Part shown: in pieces, positions 1 to 13,667 of the stretch
How positions within the stretch are numbered: the stretch's first letter is position 1
Layout of the letters: the number at the start of each line of letters is the position of its first letter
Source of the DNA: Tubulanus polymorphus
Taxonomy: Eukaryota; Animalia; Nemertea
NCBI RefSeq assembly: GCF_964204645.1
Contig: NC_134031.1
Location: 15,115,807 to 15,179,806, forward strand
DNA: 64,000 nucleotides
Direction: 5' to 3'
Position numbers and translations under genes: made by a program
Notes under the pieces: model-generated
Told to the model about the DNA's origin: nothing
The model's database searches: none
Seen by the model: the letters and a program-made list of their open reading frames with translations, nothing else

Positions 1-243
1 TAAGTTGCATTTATGTAAACAGAGCTTCAATATTCATGCAAATGTAAGTTAAATGAAAAATGAATTATCATTATGAATCTGAAGGTATGACGCATCCACA
101 GTTCAGCACTCAGTTTCTACTAACGTAACTAAGTTTAAAACTCTTTATTTGATGAAATGAGTTCATTTTTAATTAGTTAACTCAAACTGTTGCAGTCAAA
201 TCTTTACTCATAACTGTGGAACTGAGTAACTGTAATGTAGAAC

Positions 244-382
244 CAGGGGCTGCAGTTGCTTGAAAGTTGGTTAGAGTCAACCAGTGGATAGGTGACATAG
301 ATAATTAGAAGTTCAATATCACTACGACATCTATCCGCTGGTTATCTTCTTTGTATCAACTTTCGAGGAAAAGGCGCCCCTG
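244..382. mobile_element. Degenerate MITE, PIF/Harbinger-like
   Basis: Inverted ends caggggctgcagttgcttgaaagttg ... caactttcgaggaaaaggcgcccctg; a related copy starts near 436. Confidence 0.45.
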
Positions 383-677
383 ATATTAGGAACAGGGTCA
401 GCGCATTTTCGTTCCTTCATTATTCCTAAAATATCTGGGGGCTGCGGTTGCTCAAAAGTTGAGTGGAGTTAACCAATTGATATAGTTGACATAGTGACAA
501 TAATTGAAAGTTCACTGTAACTGGGGGAGGTTAAATTAGTTCATTTTCAATCAGTTAAATCCGAGTCAAATCTTAACACAGAACTGTGGAACCGTGTCAT
601 GGTATTTTAAACTGTCGATTTTCTTTTACCAGGGCTTGAATCTCCCCCCCCCCCACAACGGAGAGTTTTAAGCTTAC

Positions 678-923
678 CTGTAAGTTCGTCGGATCTCTGA
701 AGCTCTCGTCGGAAGCCGTCTGCAATTTCTCCAGAATCCAACTCTCCAACTCGTCGGCGTCGCGTTTGAAATACATGTACCGTCGAGCATCCTCGAGTTT
801 CTCCCGTCGCTCGTGGGTTGCTGTCTTGAACGCCGAATACCGCCCGAGCACCTGATCACGTCGCTCCTGGATATCCTCGGGAGTCTCCAGTATCTTTATC
901 TCTCTCGGCTGAATCTCCACCAT
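678..923 (-). CDS. SPTAN1: Alpha-spectrin (non-erythroid type), first coding exon; gene continues beyond the left edge
   Basis: MVEIQPREIKILETPEDIQERRDQVLGRY...FKRDADELESWILEKLQTASDESFRDPTNLQ matches the alpha-spectrin N-terminus and start of repeat 1. Phase-0 donor CAG|GTAAG at 678/677; acceptor tctttttcag ends at 951, so the exon is 678-950 with ATG at 923-921. Confidence 0.95.
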
Positions 924-1870
924 CTTTACGTCGTTTAGATTTACTTCTTACTGAAAAAGACACAAACACGCGCTCAAGGTCAGCCGGGCGGATAATGCGA
1001 ATAGAAATAATCTACCGACGTCAGAAGAATTTTTTCAATATCGTTAACTCCCGACGAACAAGAAATTATTCGCAAAGATTTTCAGACTTAAATCGTGAGA
1101 AGATAATAAAAACATTGCAAAAAAAGACATTTCGAGAAGAATCTTTCATGATCTGATTGTTGCAAATAACCCACTGTTAAATGGGGAACCCGCAAACCAG
1201 CTATCCCTAGCTATCCCGAGCTACCTCGTTGTCAAAAACTTTGAACTGGATTTTTAGAATCCTGAATCCATACACTTTCACAGGACTCACCAAATATGAA
1301 ATACTTTCATTCTTCTAATCAGAAATCGATATAGTTTTTTTTTCCATAAATAATTGATTCATTTAAGAGAAAAGTTCATTCAGATTTAATTGAAATGTAG
1401 AAGGAAATTGAACGCGGACGACCAACTATCTACTAGCGAACCCTGGCGGATCCTCGCTTGCCATACGTGGAATCCTCACTTGCAACAGTAGCACTGCGGG
1501 TACCCCATTACTGCAATAGCCTACATAGATCCAAACCTCACCTAACTAATTATTATTGCAAACAAATTAGCATTCTCGGTGGACTAATTAATGTTCATAA
1601 TAACCGCTAGCCGGAGAGGGGGAAGGGGAGCGCACCTACCTGCTAGACTGAACTCTATCAGATAAACTACTACACAGTAGACTATATAGAATACGATATA
1701 TCCGAACAGTAATAACAGGATGAAAACCGCGAATACATCTGGATAATCAGCAAGGAACGGACACCTTTGCATCAGAAATCAATATATTCACTCCTCGTAG
1801 CAGCAGCAGCAGGTACTGAGAGCTGAGACGATGCTCGTAGACACAGCGAGCCTGCATCACAGTAACAGCA

Positions 1871-2650
1871 GTCTCAACTCAGGAGTCCCTGTCTGAGTAG
1901 CATATAAAACAGCCAGAGAAGTCTTAACTCAGGAGTCCCTGTCTGTGTAGCATATAAAACAGCCAAAAAAGTCTCGACTCAGGAGTCCCTGTCTGTGTAG
2001 CATATAAAACAGCCAAAGAAGTCTCGACTCAGGAGTCCCTGTCTGTGTAGCATATAAAACAGCCAGAGAAGACTTAACTCAAGAGTCCCTGTCTGTGTAG
2101 CATATAAAACAGCAAAAGAAGTCTCGACTCAGGAGTCCCTGTCTGTGTAGCATATAAAACAGCCAAAGAAGTCTTGACTCAGGAGTCCCTGTCTGTGTAG
2201 CATAAAACAGCCAAAGAAGTCTTAACTCAGGAGTCCCTGTCTATGTAGCATATAAAACAGCCAGAGAAGACTGGACTCAGGAGTCCCTGTCTGTGTAGCA
2301 TATAAAACAGCCAAAGAAGTCTCGACTCAGGAGTCCCTGTCTGTGTAGCATATAAAACAGCCAAAGAAGTCTTAACTCAGGAGTCCCTGTCTGTGTAGCA
2401 TATAAAACAGCCAAAGAAGTCTCGACTCAGGAGTCCCTGTCTGTGTAGCATATAAAACAGCCAAAGAAGTCTCGACTCAGGAGTCTCTGTCTGTGTAGCA
2501 TATAAAACAGCCAGAGAAGACTTAACTCAGGAGTCCCTGTCTGTGTAGCATATAAAACAGCCAGGTGAGAAGTGTTGACTCAGGAGTCCCTGTCTGTGTA
2601 GCATATAAAACAGCCGGGTGAGAAGTGTTGACTCAGGAGTCCCTGTCTGT
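1871..2650. repeat. 50-bp tandem repeat, about 16 copies, in spectrin intron
   Basis: Unit gtctcgactcaggagtccctgtctgtgtagcatataaaacagccaaagaa recurs at 1871, 1921, 1971, 2021 etc. Confidence 0.95.
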
Positions 2651-3057
2651 ATATCACATACAACAGCTAACTGAGGAGTCTTGTAAGAGGTTCGACCCTT
2701 TATTGGTCGGTTCAGTTTAAATCCGATGAATGCATTCATCACAGTCAAACATCTCAAGTGACGACATGCGCTGGAACCAGCAACAGATCGGTAATTATTG
2801 TTCTCATTTTGAAACACTTGAATAACAAATTAATCCATCAACGAATCGTCGCAGTATCCAGGCTTCACTCGGCTAATCGGAAGCAGTAAAATGAAACCAG
2901 AGACGACGCGCGCAGACGGACAGATAGACAGACAGACGGACGGACAGACGAAGCTGTAGCCACTGTCTCCGCAGTACCGTGTGGTACCCTATACACACAT
3001 CGCACACCGGCGCAGTATCGCCTCATAAACCAGACAGCAGCTATCGATTCTATAATA

Positions 3058-3071
3058 GTTACCATGGCAAC
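3058..3071. promoter_or_regulatory. RFX X-box motif
   Basis: GTTACCATGGCAAC, a near-ideal match to GTNRCC-N0-3-RGYAAC, in a CpG-rich intronic patch. Confidence 0.5.
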
Positions 3072-3479
3072 CGTGATTATTCAGTCGTCGCTGTCGGCCG
3101 ACGTGCCTAGAACATCGTTCATCCTAGTCGCCGTGACGATACGCAACAATGAACGATATTAATCAAACACGACATACCGCTGCGGCAATCGGGGAGAATG
3201 CAGATCTCAACATATTTTTTTTTAAAACAAATTGAAAATTTCGACTGGTTCACGTTTCGAATAGTTTTTAACTCGGAACGTCCGTGAACTGCACAACAAC
3301 ACCGGGCTGGGTTTTAATTCAACGAAAAACTGACAAATTTCTTCGAACGCAATTTTCTAACTAAAACAAATCCGTTTCACGAAAAAGTCTGGTTTAGTTG
3401 GCATCGGATTAGACCTTGAATGAGGACAACAATTCAATCTTGGACCATTTCAAAATTCAATATTTCATAAAACCAGATC

Positions 3480-4540
3480 CTGGATTGTACCAGGGTACAA
3501 TATATTATACCAGGGTATACAGGATTGTACCAGGGTATACAGGATTGTACCAGGGTATACTGGATTGTAACAGGGTACTGAATTCTAACAGGGTACACTG
3601 AATTGTAACAGCGTACTGATTTGTACCAGGGTACACTGGATTGTAACAGGGTACACTGAATTGTACCAGGGTACACTGGATTACACCAAAGTGCTGACAG
3701 ATTACACAAGGGTACACTGAATTGTAACTGAGTACACTTGTATAACAGGGTTCTGGAATGTACCAGGTCTAGGGTACACTCAAGATAGTAACAGGCCAGT
3801 ACCGGATTATACCAGGGAACTGGATTGTACTCTAGGGTACATTCAGATAGTAACAGGGAACTGGATTGTACTCTAGGGTACATTCAGATAGTAACAGGGT
3901 ACTGGATTGTACCAGGGAACTGGATTGTACTAGGGTACATTCAGATAGTAACAGGGAATTGGATTGTACTCTAGGGTACATTCAGATAGTAACAGGGTAA
4001 CTACTGGATTGTACTCTAGGGTACATTCAGATAGTAACAGGGTACTGGATTGTACCAGGGAACTGGATTGTACTTTAGGGTACATTCAGATAGTAACAGG
4101 GTACTGGATTGTACCAAGGTGCACTGGATTGTACTCTAGGGTACATTCAGATAGTAACAGGGTACTGGATTGTACTCTAGGGTATATTCAGATAGTAACA
4201 GGGTACTGGATTGTACCAAGGTGCACTGGATTGTACTTTAGGGTACATTCAGATAGTAACAGGGAACTGGATTGTACTCTAGGGTACATTCAGATAGTAA
4301 CAGGGTAACTACTGGATTGTACTAGGGTACATTCAGATAGTAACAGGGTACTGGATTGTACCAAGGCGCACTGGATTACACCAAGGTGCTGACAGATTAC
4401 ACAAGGGTAGGCCTACACTGGATTGTGCCAGGATACTGAATTGTACCGACCAGGGTACTAGATTGTACCAGGGTGCTAGATTATACCAGGTTACGCTGGA
4501 TCGTTGTACCCAGGGTACTGGAATATACCAGGGTACAGGT
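3480..4540. repeat. Composite minisatellite
   Basis: Repeated actggattgtaccagggt and ctctagggtacattcagatagtaacaggg subunits; explains ORFs 3416-4608. Confidence 0.9.
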
Positions 4541-5414
4541 TCAGTCTGTCCTTGACAAATAGAATCAATAATTTCATGAATCAAACTCATAAATAAAACA
4601 TATAACACTTGACCTCCTTATATAGACATTCAGATAACATAACCAGGGACGGTTTGTTTGAATAACTGATACATGAGTCACTTGTATCTACACATTCTAG
4701 ACTGACGATGGCTGTGACTGATTGGTAGCTAATTGGGTCAAACAAATCATTAGGTTATTAACAGTGTCAAGAGGAAATCTATAAAATTAACCCAACATTT
4801 CTATCTTTCGTTCGTTGAAATTGACATTTTGAAAATAACTTGGAAAGAATTTTCTATTACTTCCACATTTCTGAAATTCACAACAACATCCGAGATGACA
4901 AGAAATTTTTGTAGGCCTAGTTCTGCACCCAAAAAACCGTTATCTCGTGCCTGCCCAGATCCGAAGCAAAGCACGTTTGTTGAATCATAGCCTTTAAAAC
5001 TTTAACGCCAAGACGAGGTATGAAGAATGATTATGAGTATATCATGATGATATTCAATATATTTGAATTTGACAAGAATACCAAACCTGTGACTCACACA
5101 AGATTCGATCCCTCCCAGTCCCACTGCCTTCAAATAGTTCAATAGGTTACATTCATAAAAACAATCTATAGAAATAGCTGACAGCGTTAAAAGAAACTGT
5201 TGGTGTTTGGGAATACTTGAAATTCAGGAATTCTTGTAGCGACACGCCCACCACCCGACCCCGTAGAGCATTCTCTCAAACAGAATCAAACCCGGAAATA
5301 AAATATATATCGATTTCACACTGAAATTCATGGCGTTAAAAACCATTTGAACTTTGAAATTAAATCTTCGCATAATCGACTTGAAAATCGTGTATTAAAC
5401 AAAATCTGAATTAC

Positions 5415-5790
5415 CTTAAAAAGTGTTTAATTTAACGCGTAATTTACAGAATTTCTTCTAGCACCCAACTTCGCTCCACCAGTAATGGCTTCCCGAAACA
5501 GGTACCCGTCCCGCTAATGAGCTCACCGGATTAGCTAATCACTTCTAATCTATCACATACATTTGAACTTTTTCATGAAATAGAAATTAATCGGCATTAA
5601 CTTAAGTTTTAAAAAAGTGAATTTTAAGGTATATATGAATTTTTAGCCAATTAGGGGTGAAAACCTGGCCGTCCGAACGGGAGGGTGAGTAGTCAAACGA
5701 ACAGCATAACAGCCGTAGACTGAGTCACGTGATCCGCCTCTATTAACTAGGTCATACATTTGTTTACATGTAAATATATGACGTCATTGA
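5415..5790 (-). promoter_or_regulatory. Candidate spectrin promoter / non-coding first exon
   Basis: The coding exon begins at an acceptor, so an upstream exon is needed. Minus-strand donor AAG|GTAATT at 5415/5414; AP-1/E-box overlap TGAGTCACGTG 5721-5731; CRE palindrome ATGACGTCAT 5778-5787. Inferred only. Confidence 0.3.
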
Positions 5791-6294
5791 GTGTAGAACA
5801 TGCACATGTGGTGGATGATTTGATTTTGTCGATGCGGACTGACTGGGAACCCATCGCGTGCGCCACAGACTACAACGAGGAGAGTGTAGAAGGTCACGCA
5901 GAATTTGATATCGCCAGGTCAGGTCTGCTTGCTTGTTAATTTCAACATCAATGATATTCAATATGGGGGGTTGTTGGTAATTGGAGGGGGAGAGACAGAG
6001 GGGCCGGAGCCGGAGCGGCGTTCGATCGACCGAGGCCGGTCACACCGGGCGAACTGACTCGGACTGAGTCGAGAAGTTTTGGTTTTGATTTTGAAGCACG
6101 GGAGATCTTCAGACAGCCAGCTCCCAGCTTATGAAAATCAAAATTCGATTTAGTCTTGTCAATTCTTAGAATTCTCTGCTGCTTGCCTTGGGCTTGGGCC
6201 CTTGGTGGTGGGCATTCCCTTCTCCAGACCCTGGGCTGCCTGGCCCGAGCCTACTGCTCGACTACTTCACAACAAACATAGATCATGCAATGAA

Positions 6295-6990
6295 ATTCAA
6301 TTCAAAATATCTTTATTATTCCGTAATGCTTTACATTATTGGTTTTGCACAATAAAGATGAGAAAAAAAAGAAAAGAAAAACAGTATAAAATATGAGAAA
6401 TTCCTTAACAGTATTTACATTTTGTACATGATAGGAAATTATATACATATCTGGCATAGTTAAGTATTGTTTCTTTATTTACAGCGGGTTTGTTTTGCTA
6501 AGCCAAATATATTTGCCAAGGTTATGAGCCATCAGGGCCGGGTGAAGACATAATGGTGATAAATTTGTTTTCAGGGGTTGTAAATTTCTGTTCGGAAAAA
6601 TGGGTATCAAAACATTTAATTAGTTCAACTCTGTAGCTATCAAATTTGGTACACTGCATAATAAAATGGAATTCGTCTTCAATTAGGCCTATATTACATG
6701 AGGCACATAACCTATTTTCCCTTGGGAGGCCAGAATGCCTACCCCTTTCTATTAACAGATGGTGAGCACTCAGTCGCATTCTTGTGACTTCGGATTTATA
6801 GGTTTTGTTGATGCTCATTGATAGATAGTGTTCCATGCTGAATTCAGATTTAATTTGGCAGTAGCATTTCAATTTGCTAAATTGGAGGATTTTTTGTTTC
6901 CAAAATATTTTGTATCTCTCAGTTAGGACGTGTCTTATAGATTTTGAGAGTTCAGCTGCATGATCATGCAAATTAAAATGATACATAGGC
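6295..6990 (-). mobile_element. 3' fragment of a non-LTR retrotransposon (ORF2 C-terminus, RTEX-like)
   Basis: ORF 6522-6986 has RLSAHHLLIERGRH..PRENRLCASC....EDEFHFIMQC, the CCHC-type C-terminal motif of LINE ORF2; followed on the minus strand by AATAAA and a (TTGAA)-like tail near 6320-6295. Confidence 0.8.
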
Positions 6991-7024
6991 CTAGGCCTAT
7001 TGAACCAGACTGGTGCCAGGGGGG

Positions 7025-7660
7025 CAGGAGCGGATCTAGGGGGTGAATAGGGTGGCTAGCCACCCCCTCAAATGCCTTCCAAAAAATTTTGTAGGGGGAT
7101 TTTTCATGTAAATTTCGTGTAATAATCTAAGAAGATGAAATAAGAATGCTAACGTTAGCTGCCTCGAATGTTGCGACTTCGTATGCTACGCTCATTGAGA
7201 TGATCGCTCGTAAGTTAGTGTCTCTTCAGCCATTCCATTTGTATCCGGTAAACGGTCATTTTCCCAATCAAAACTATTTGATTTTTTTCCCAACCTGTGT
7301 CAAAAAATTCCTAAAACCAGTAGTACCATGACAAATTGTAAATTATGATGACAAATGCTTGAAAAATGACATGCTTCCCCCAATAATCTCATTAAAATCA
7401 TCAACACCTTATCCTGGCCACGGCTCAACAGGATGTCATAATTTTCATTGAAACATCGCACAAATGCTGTCAAATTGCACCATTTCCCCGAGGATTTTTC
7501 AAAATTTTCTAAATGTCGAGGGGGGGACACCCCTAGAGCTCCCCCCGTCTCGCGACCTTCAGTCGCTAGGAATTCGCCGCTGGGTGGCTCGCTGGTCACA
7601 GTCTCTTCATTACGATTCTTGTCAGCCACCCCCCTTTGAAAAATCCTAGATCCGCCCCTG
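7025..7660. mobile_element. MITE with CAGG(G/A)GCGGATCTAG terminal inverted repeats, hAT-like
   Basis: caggagcggatctagg ... cctagatccgcccctg, flanked by G runs. Confidence 0.75.
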
Positions 7661-8624
7661 GGGGGGGGGGGCAGGGGAGTAGAAAGAAAATTGAGGTGTT
7701 CGACCCGTTGGCAAGACCCTATCTAAAAATGTTCAAGTTGTACGTAGTACCTGTACCTAGCAGGCCTATAGATAGGTCGAGTAGGTCTACTGCCCTCTGC
7801 AGGTGCGTTGGAAGCAATTTTTGATCTCTGCGGCCAAATACTGATTTGGACAGGTTCTAAAAAATGCTGCGGCGAATTTACTTATATTCTTAAAAAACGT
7901 GGTATTCAAAGTAGAAAAAACGTCATTCAGTAAATTAAAGGGGCGTGCGTAAATTAACTTTTGACATGTTCTGTATTTTCGACCTATTTGGACCTCCCCC
8001 AGAAAATCTTTTAAAAACTATTCCTGGAAGCATCTAGTTAATATTTTACTCACACTCAAACTTGGGTCAATGGCATCGTATTGTGTTTCAATTACTATCT
8101 AGAAGCGATAGGACGCTCGTTTTGTAATGTTACCAGAACATTTCACGATTTGAATAAAAGTAAATCATTCAATGAAATTACGAATGGCACTTTTAATGGG
8201 CGTTTTTTCGAACAGACGAACTCCCCCTGGCTGCGGGCCTGGGGTCTGAAGCTCTGTTGGGTTCCTGAGTTCGAATACAAATAGAAATATTGACTGGTAG
8301 CTGCTGCCATCTAGATTTAGTTCAGTGAATCAATGATCTGTGACAGCTGATGCATGCACACCGATCAAGGCCTGGCTTCGGCTTTCATCTATACCGCGCT
8401 AGATTACTGATTGTCTGCGGCAATCGTTTCACAGCAGTATTAACTGTTGAATTTGAATTAAATTCAATTGTCATAGCGAATTAACCGATATACATCTAAA
8501 TAATGTCATAACTGAATAATTCAATAATGCGTGCATTTTATGCGGAGCTACGTGCAAGTAGCTGGAATTATGAACTCATTGTTCACCACCAGAAATTGAG
8601 CGTTAGAAATTTTCATCGGTCTGC

Positions 8625-9240
8625 AGATTCAAATTAAACCCATACAACTGTGGAACTGTCGACCCAGTTTCAAATTAGACCCATACAACTGTGTAACTGG
8701 ATCTATGGAGTCAAAACAAACCCAGTGGGACTGGATCCAGAGTCAAATCAAATAAACCCACTTAACTGTGGAACTGGATCTAAATAGAGTCAAAAGCCTA
8801 CACTGCGGAACTTGTTCCTGAGGCGAAATTAAACCCACACAACTGTGGAACTGGATCCAGAGTCGAATTAAGTCCACACAACTGCGGAACTGAGTTCAGA
8901 TTCAAATCTAACCAACACAACTGTGGAACTGGAACTAGCGTCAAATCAAACCCACTCAAAGGTAGAACTGGGTACAGAGTTGAATTAAACCCACATAAAT
9001 GTGGAACTGGATCTAAATAGAGTCAAATTAAGCCTACACTGCAGAATTGGGTGCTGAGGCGAAATTAAACCCAATTTACCTTGGAACTGGATCCATACTC
9101 AAATTAAGTCGGCACAACTGCGGAACTGGGTTTGGAGTCAAATCTAACCCACATCACTGTGGAACTGGATGATCTAAAGTCAAATGATGGCCACGTATAA
9201 CTGTGGAACTGAGTCCAGAGTCAAATTAAACCCACAAATT
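8625..9240. repeat. Degenerate ~39-bp tandem repeat
   Basis: Unit resembles agtcaaattaaacccacacaactgtggaactggatcc, about 15 copies. Confidence 0.85.
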
Positions 9241-10739
9241 CGTGAATAAGTCCTAAGTCAAATAGCCTAATGCCACAGTTTAACTAAAGTTTGGCTATTA
9301 GATTTGGGTAGGTTGATGTGGTTTCAATGTTCCTTCTTCATATGCTGGAATTTTAAAGGGGCTGCATCTATTGTTTATTCATGTGTATCACATTAGCTCA
9401 GTATATTTCAGGCCTGTGCCAAGCTTTTTTGAGGGGCAATTCTATTTCAAGAATGAGGGCACTTTTCACCGTAAAAGGGGCACTTTCTTATTAAAGAGGG
9501 CAGCTATCTTAAACATAAAGTGCCTGGGTACCTGAATAAATCATGTGAAAATTGATAACTTTTCATTTTCCAATAAAAAAAACATGAAAATTGTATCCAA
9601 ATATCGAAAAAAATTTCCACACTGGCTTTTTGAAGGGCATATTTTATACAAGGGTCGACCGATTTTCAATGGTTGGATATAAGAATGAAAGTGTTGGCAG
9701 CTTGCGGAGAACAAACACTAGGTTCTCGTGCTCAGTATCACTGTACTATGAATTTTTCGGTTATGTTTTAGTTTTATCTCTTCGATATAATTCACGTCAT
9801 TGACGTTGCGATTGAGAGTTTTAATTTTTTTTTCTAGAATTATGTTCGCCGCGTTGGTATTGGTATGGCGTTGGCGTCAGTGGTACGATGGTAGCGGTGA
9901 TCTGGTTGGTAACGCGGTGTCGTTCCATGGTGGCTGAGAGTGATGACCTCAGGTAATCCTTCTATTATCAATTCTTATCGAGAAATCTCCAGATTGGAGT
10001 TCAACACTTCGTGACTGGTTAAAGTGGGATCGTTGTGGCCGAACATTCTACGATGTTGACATTTTTTCGTTTGTATTACTAGTGTCCTATCCTTGAGATA
10101 ACCGTGTGAATAGTGTCTCCAGATGATTTTGCTACAATTGTCTGGTCTTGATACGGGATCACCCTGTAGGGAATCACTCTGTATGGGGAAATCACTGTGG
10201 GGAGAGACATTCACTTTTTTATTGGTCGAATTATATCAATTCTATAAACCAAGTCATTAATGAAATATAAATCTTAGCGCGGATGATCGGTTCACTTTCA
10301 CTGTGCAACAGCTTAATGTAATTGAAGAGTGGCCACACCTCTGCTGCGCCCTAGGAGTGGCCATGCCTCTGCTGCACCCTAGGAGTGGCCACCATCTGTA
10401 CCTCAATAAACCTAGTTGTTGTAAAATCATAAAATAGTTTGTGTCTCTATTCATTACTTTGTGCTGTAGATTTTTATTACTTACGCAACCAACAACATAA
10501 AATACCTATAAATTTGTGTGAAGCCACCAGTATTAATGGGAGGGAGGTATTAAACGTATTTAACTCTGAACTACGCATAAATGAAAGAACATTCGCAAAA
10601 AATGATATTTTATGATATAATATATATTTTTCCTATATATTTTTACCCTAATATTCAATCCACTGAAGTCCGTCAAATCTAGCGTGAGGCAATTTGTACT
10701 TGAAATGAAAAATCGATCCTTAGTAGTCAGGGGAATTTC

Positions 10740-11070
10740 AGGGGGAGGGGGTTTTAGGGGTGTGTCAGCGAGTGGGTATTAGGAGTGTGTCAGGGATGGG
10801 GTATTAAGGGGAATGTAAGAGAGGGGTTATAGGGGTGTATCATAGAAGGGGTATAAGGGGGGTGTCAGGGAAGGGTTATAAGGGGTGTTGGGGAGGGGAT
10901 GTGTCAGGGGAGGGGATATGTCGGGGAGGGGGTATGTTGGGGAGGGGTATATGAGGTGTAGAGGGGGAGGGTGTGAGGGGAGGGGTGTGTTGGGGAGGAG
11001 TATGTTGGGTGTGTTTGGAGATGGGGTATTAGAGGTGTCGGGGAGGGGAAGTGTCAGGGGAGGGGGTAAG
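10740..11070 (+). repeat. G-rich low-complexity tract with G4 potential
   Basis: Recurrent ggggagggg/gtgtcagggg runs. Confidence 0.7.
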
Positions 11071-11459
11071 TGGTTGTATCAGTTACGTGGATTATTGTAT
11101 TATGAAACTGCTATACATTATGCACCCCATGCACCGCTGCATAGATCAGACATTTTATTACTAATTATCAATATAAACCATTGTAAACATGTCATTGTAT
11201 ACTGTATAAAGTTTATGACTAGCGAGTCCTCTCTCTCTCTCCCCTCTCTCTCTATCAGACGGTTTTATACCCAGTTAGTATCACAGTACTGTTCCATGAA
11301 TTCGTGAACTCAGTTAAGATCTCGGGTTCTTCAACAACTAGTGAAATGAGTTTTCTTTGGTGATCAGGTAGGCTAACTTTTAATTATGAGTTCATTTCGT
11401 TATGACAGAAGTTAGAATTAGTTTATTTTTGATTTTGTTTCTAGACTTAAATCTAAGAC

Positions 11460-11835
11460 ATGTAACTCATTAAGTGTAACTCACTCTAGTCTAGGTATAA
11501 CTCTAGGTACATCTCCTGGTGTAACTAGGCGTAACTCACCCTAGGTATGACGCTAGGTATAACTCTTTAAGTGTAACTTTCTCTAGGTATAACTCCAGGT
11601 GTAACTCTAGGTATAACTCTAGGCGTAACTCACTCCAAGTGTCAATCTAATTGTAACCCGCTCTAGGTATAACTCTTAAGTGTAACTCACTCTAGGTATA
11701 ACTCTAGTTGTAACTCACTCCAGGTGTCAATCTAATTGTAACCCGCTCTAGGTATAACTCTTAAGTGTAACTCACTCTAGGTGTAACTCACTCTAGGTAT
11801 AATTCACTCTAGGTATAATTCACTCTAGGTGTAAC
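11460..11835. repeat. 12/16-bp minisatellite
   Basis: Repeated gtgtaactcactctag and gtataactctag. Confidence 0.85.
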
Positions 11836-12537
11836 AGCAGACGGCTTTCTCTGGTTTTCAGTTTCTCTCTCATTGCGAATAAAATCAGGTTTTTGTTTCA
11901 CCGATTTCATTAAGTGCATTGACTTTTGAAAGTCACCTTGTTTCATTAATGAGTGGGGATCTAGAAACACTTGAATCGAAACTCAGTTAACAAACAGTTG
12001 ACATGTTTAAATTGTTGTTAATGTATCAAACCTCTCCCCCCCCATACCTCCCCCTCTCGTATTTGGTTTGATACCCTGTCTGTAGCTAGGCCGCGCCTGG
12101 TTTCTATGAGCCATACCGATCATTATCACCTAATTCTCTGAGCGTATTTTTCAATCCGCCTAATTAATTATGGGTGTAATTTTTTAGAAGGTTTACGGTT
12201 GTTAAGTTTATAGGTGCCGCTTGTACTTTCTGTGATATATTAGTTTCATTTTGAAGGCTTGGATTTGATTGCTCTCTAAGGCACGCCTTGTTGGCTGTAG
12301 TTTTATTCACGTTTTATGGGTTCGCTAGATTGTGCAACTTTTATGGGTCTGCACCATTACTGTCATTATACGCAGTGCTGTATGAAGAAACAGTGAAACT
12401 CCCCCAGGGGAGTGGGAGGGAGTAGGAGGGAGTAGGGGGTATACACAATATAGAGGCTTCTACATGGAGTAGTTCCGATTGATGGTCAGTGACACCCAGG
12501 TCAAAGCCACCAGTTCTCTGGATCTGAAATTCAGTGT

Positions 12538-12850
12538 CTGGTTGTGGGACTAGTCCTTAGGTTGTGAGACTGTCCTCTGGTTATGAGACTAGTCCTCTGG
12601 TTATAAGACTAGTCCTCTGGTTGTGACACTAGTCCTCAGGTTGTGAGACTTAAGTCCTCCAATTGTGAGACCAGTTTTCTGATTATGAGACTGTCCTCTA
12701 ATTATGAGACTAGTCCACTGGGTGTGAGACTAGTCCTCTGGTTGCGAGACTATATAGTCCTCTAGTTATGCTGGTTATGAGACTAGTCCTAGGGATGTGA
12801 GATCAGTCTTCTGGATATGCGACTTGTGCTCTGGTACTGAAAGACCTGTC
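12538..12850. repeat. ~20-bp minisatellite
   Basis: Repeated ggttatgagactagtcctct. Confidence 0.8.
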
Positions 12851-12908
12851 CTCCAGGGTTGATGCCAGTTTATGGACCAGGTTGTAGCTATGTAAATCCC
12901 ACCACTAT

Positions 12909-13209
12909 CAGGGGCGGATTTAGACCGTGTCGACCATGTCGCCCGACACGGTCGGAATTTTTAAGTGCCTTTTTATTTTTTCTCTGTATCAAAATTTGCC
13001 GTTGTAACCACCTGAGATACACAATTGATATTTTTCCTAAATATATAACCTATGTTTCTTGACTAAATGCCTCTCAGAGATGCTCAGAAAGCTCTAAAAT
13101 GATAGTAAAATTTAAAAATTTTGCTGATATGCCTTTCCGCCCTAAATTAAGAATATATGCCCTTTTTATTGGTCGATATGGTCACAACATGCCCCTGGTT
13201 CCGCCCCTG
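12909..13209. mobile_element. MITE with CAGGGGCGG termini
   Basis: caggggcggattt ... ggttccgcccctg; flanks actat / actct. Confidence 0.7.
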
Positions 13210-13411
13210 ACTCTGCACATTTCTGTTATAGATCGGTTTTTATCAAGAAACGCTCAGTGTTTGTTCATTGTAGTACAACAGGACGATGAGTGACTGACAC
13301 TGATTCAGATTGAAGAGACCCACCACCAATGCAGCTCTCATCGATCGGTCTCCACTCAGTTCTCTGTGTGTTTTTACTAAAGTTTATCATTGATCGATAA
13401 AATACAGTTTT

Positions 13412-13667
13412 CAGGGGCGGATCTAGCTATATTTCACTGTATTCCCGGAATATAATCAGAAAAATGTGAATAAAATATCCTTTAGGAGTACTTAATCTAA
13501 CAAGTCCAGAATGCCTTTAAAAGGAAAAGGCCAAAGGATATCGAGCCATTTTTGTACATTTTTCTTTGGGAGGAACCCAGAACTTTAATGAGCTTCGCCG
13601 CTGGCACATCATTGAGCAATAATTTTCAGGAATATAGTCCAATTCACAGCAGCTGGATCCGACCCTG
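13412..13667. mobile_element. MITE with CAGGGGCGG termini
   Basis: caggggcggatctagct ... agctggatccgaccctg; flanks gtttt / gtttt. Confidence 0.7.

Noticed and set aside
1871-2650. CRISPR-like array
   Set aside because: Variable segments are near-identical point variants, not unique spacers; eukaryotic context and no cas genes.
12277-12286. TAAGGCACGC match to the 5' end of miR-124
   Set aside because: Only 10 nt match; the remainder diverges and no precursor hairpin is evident.
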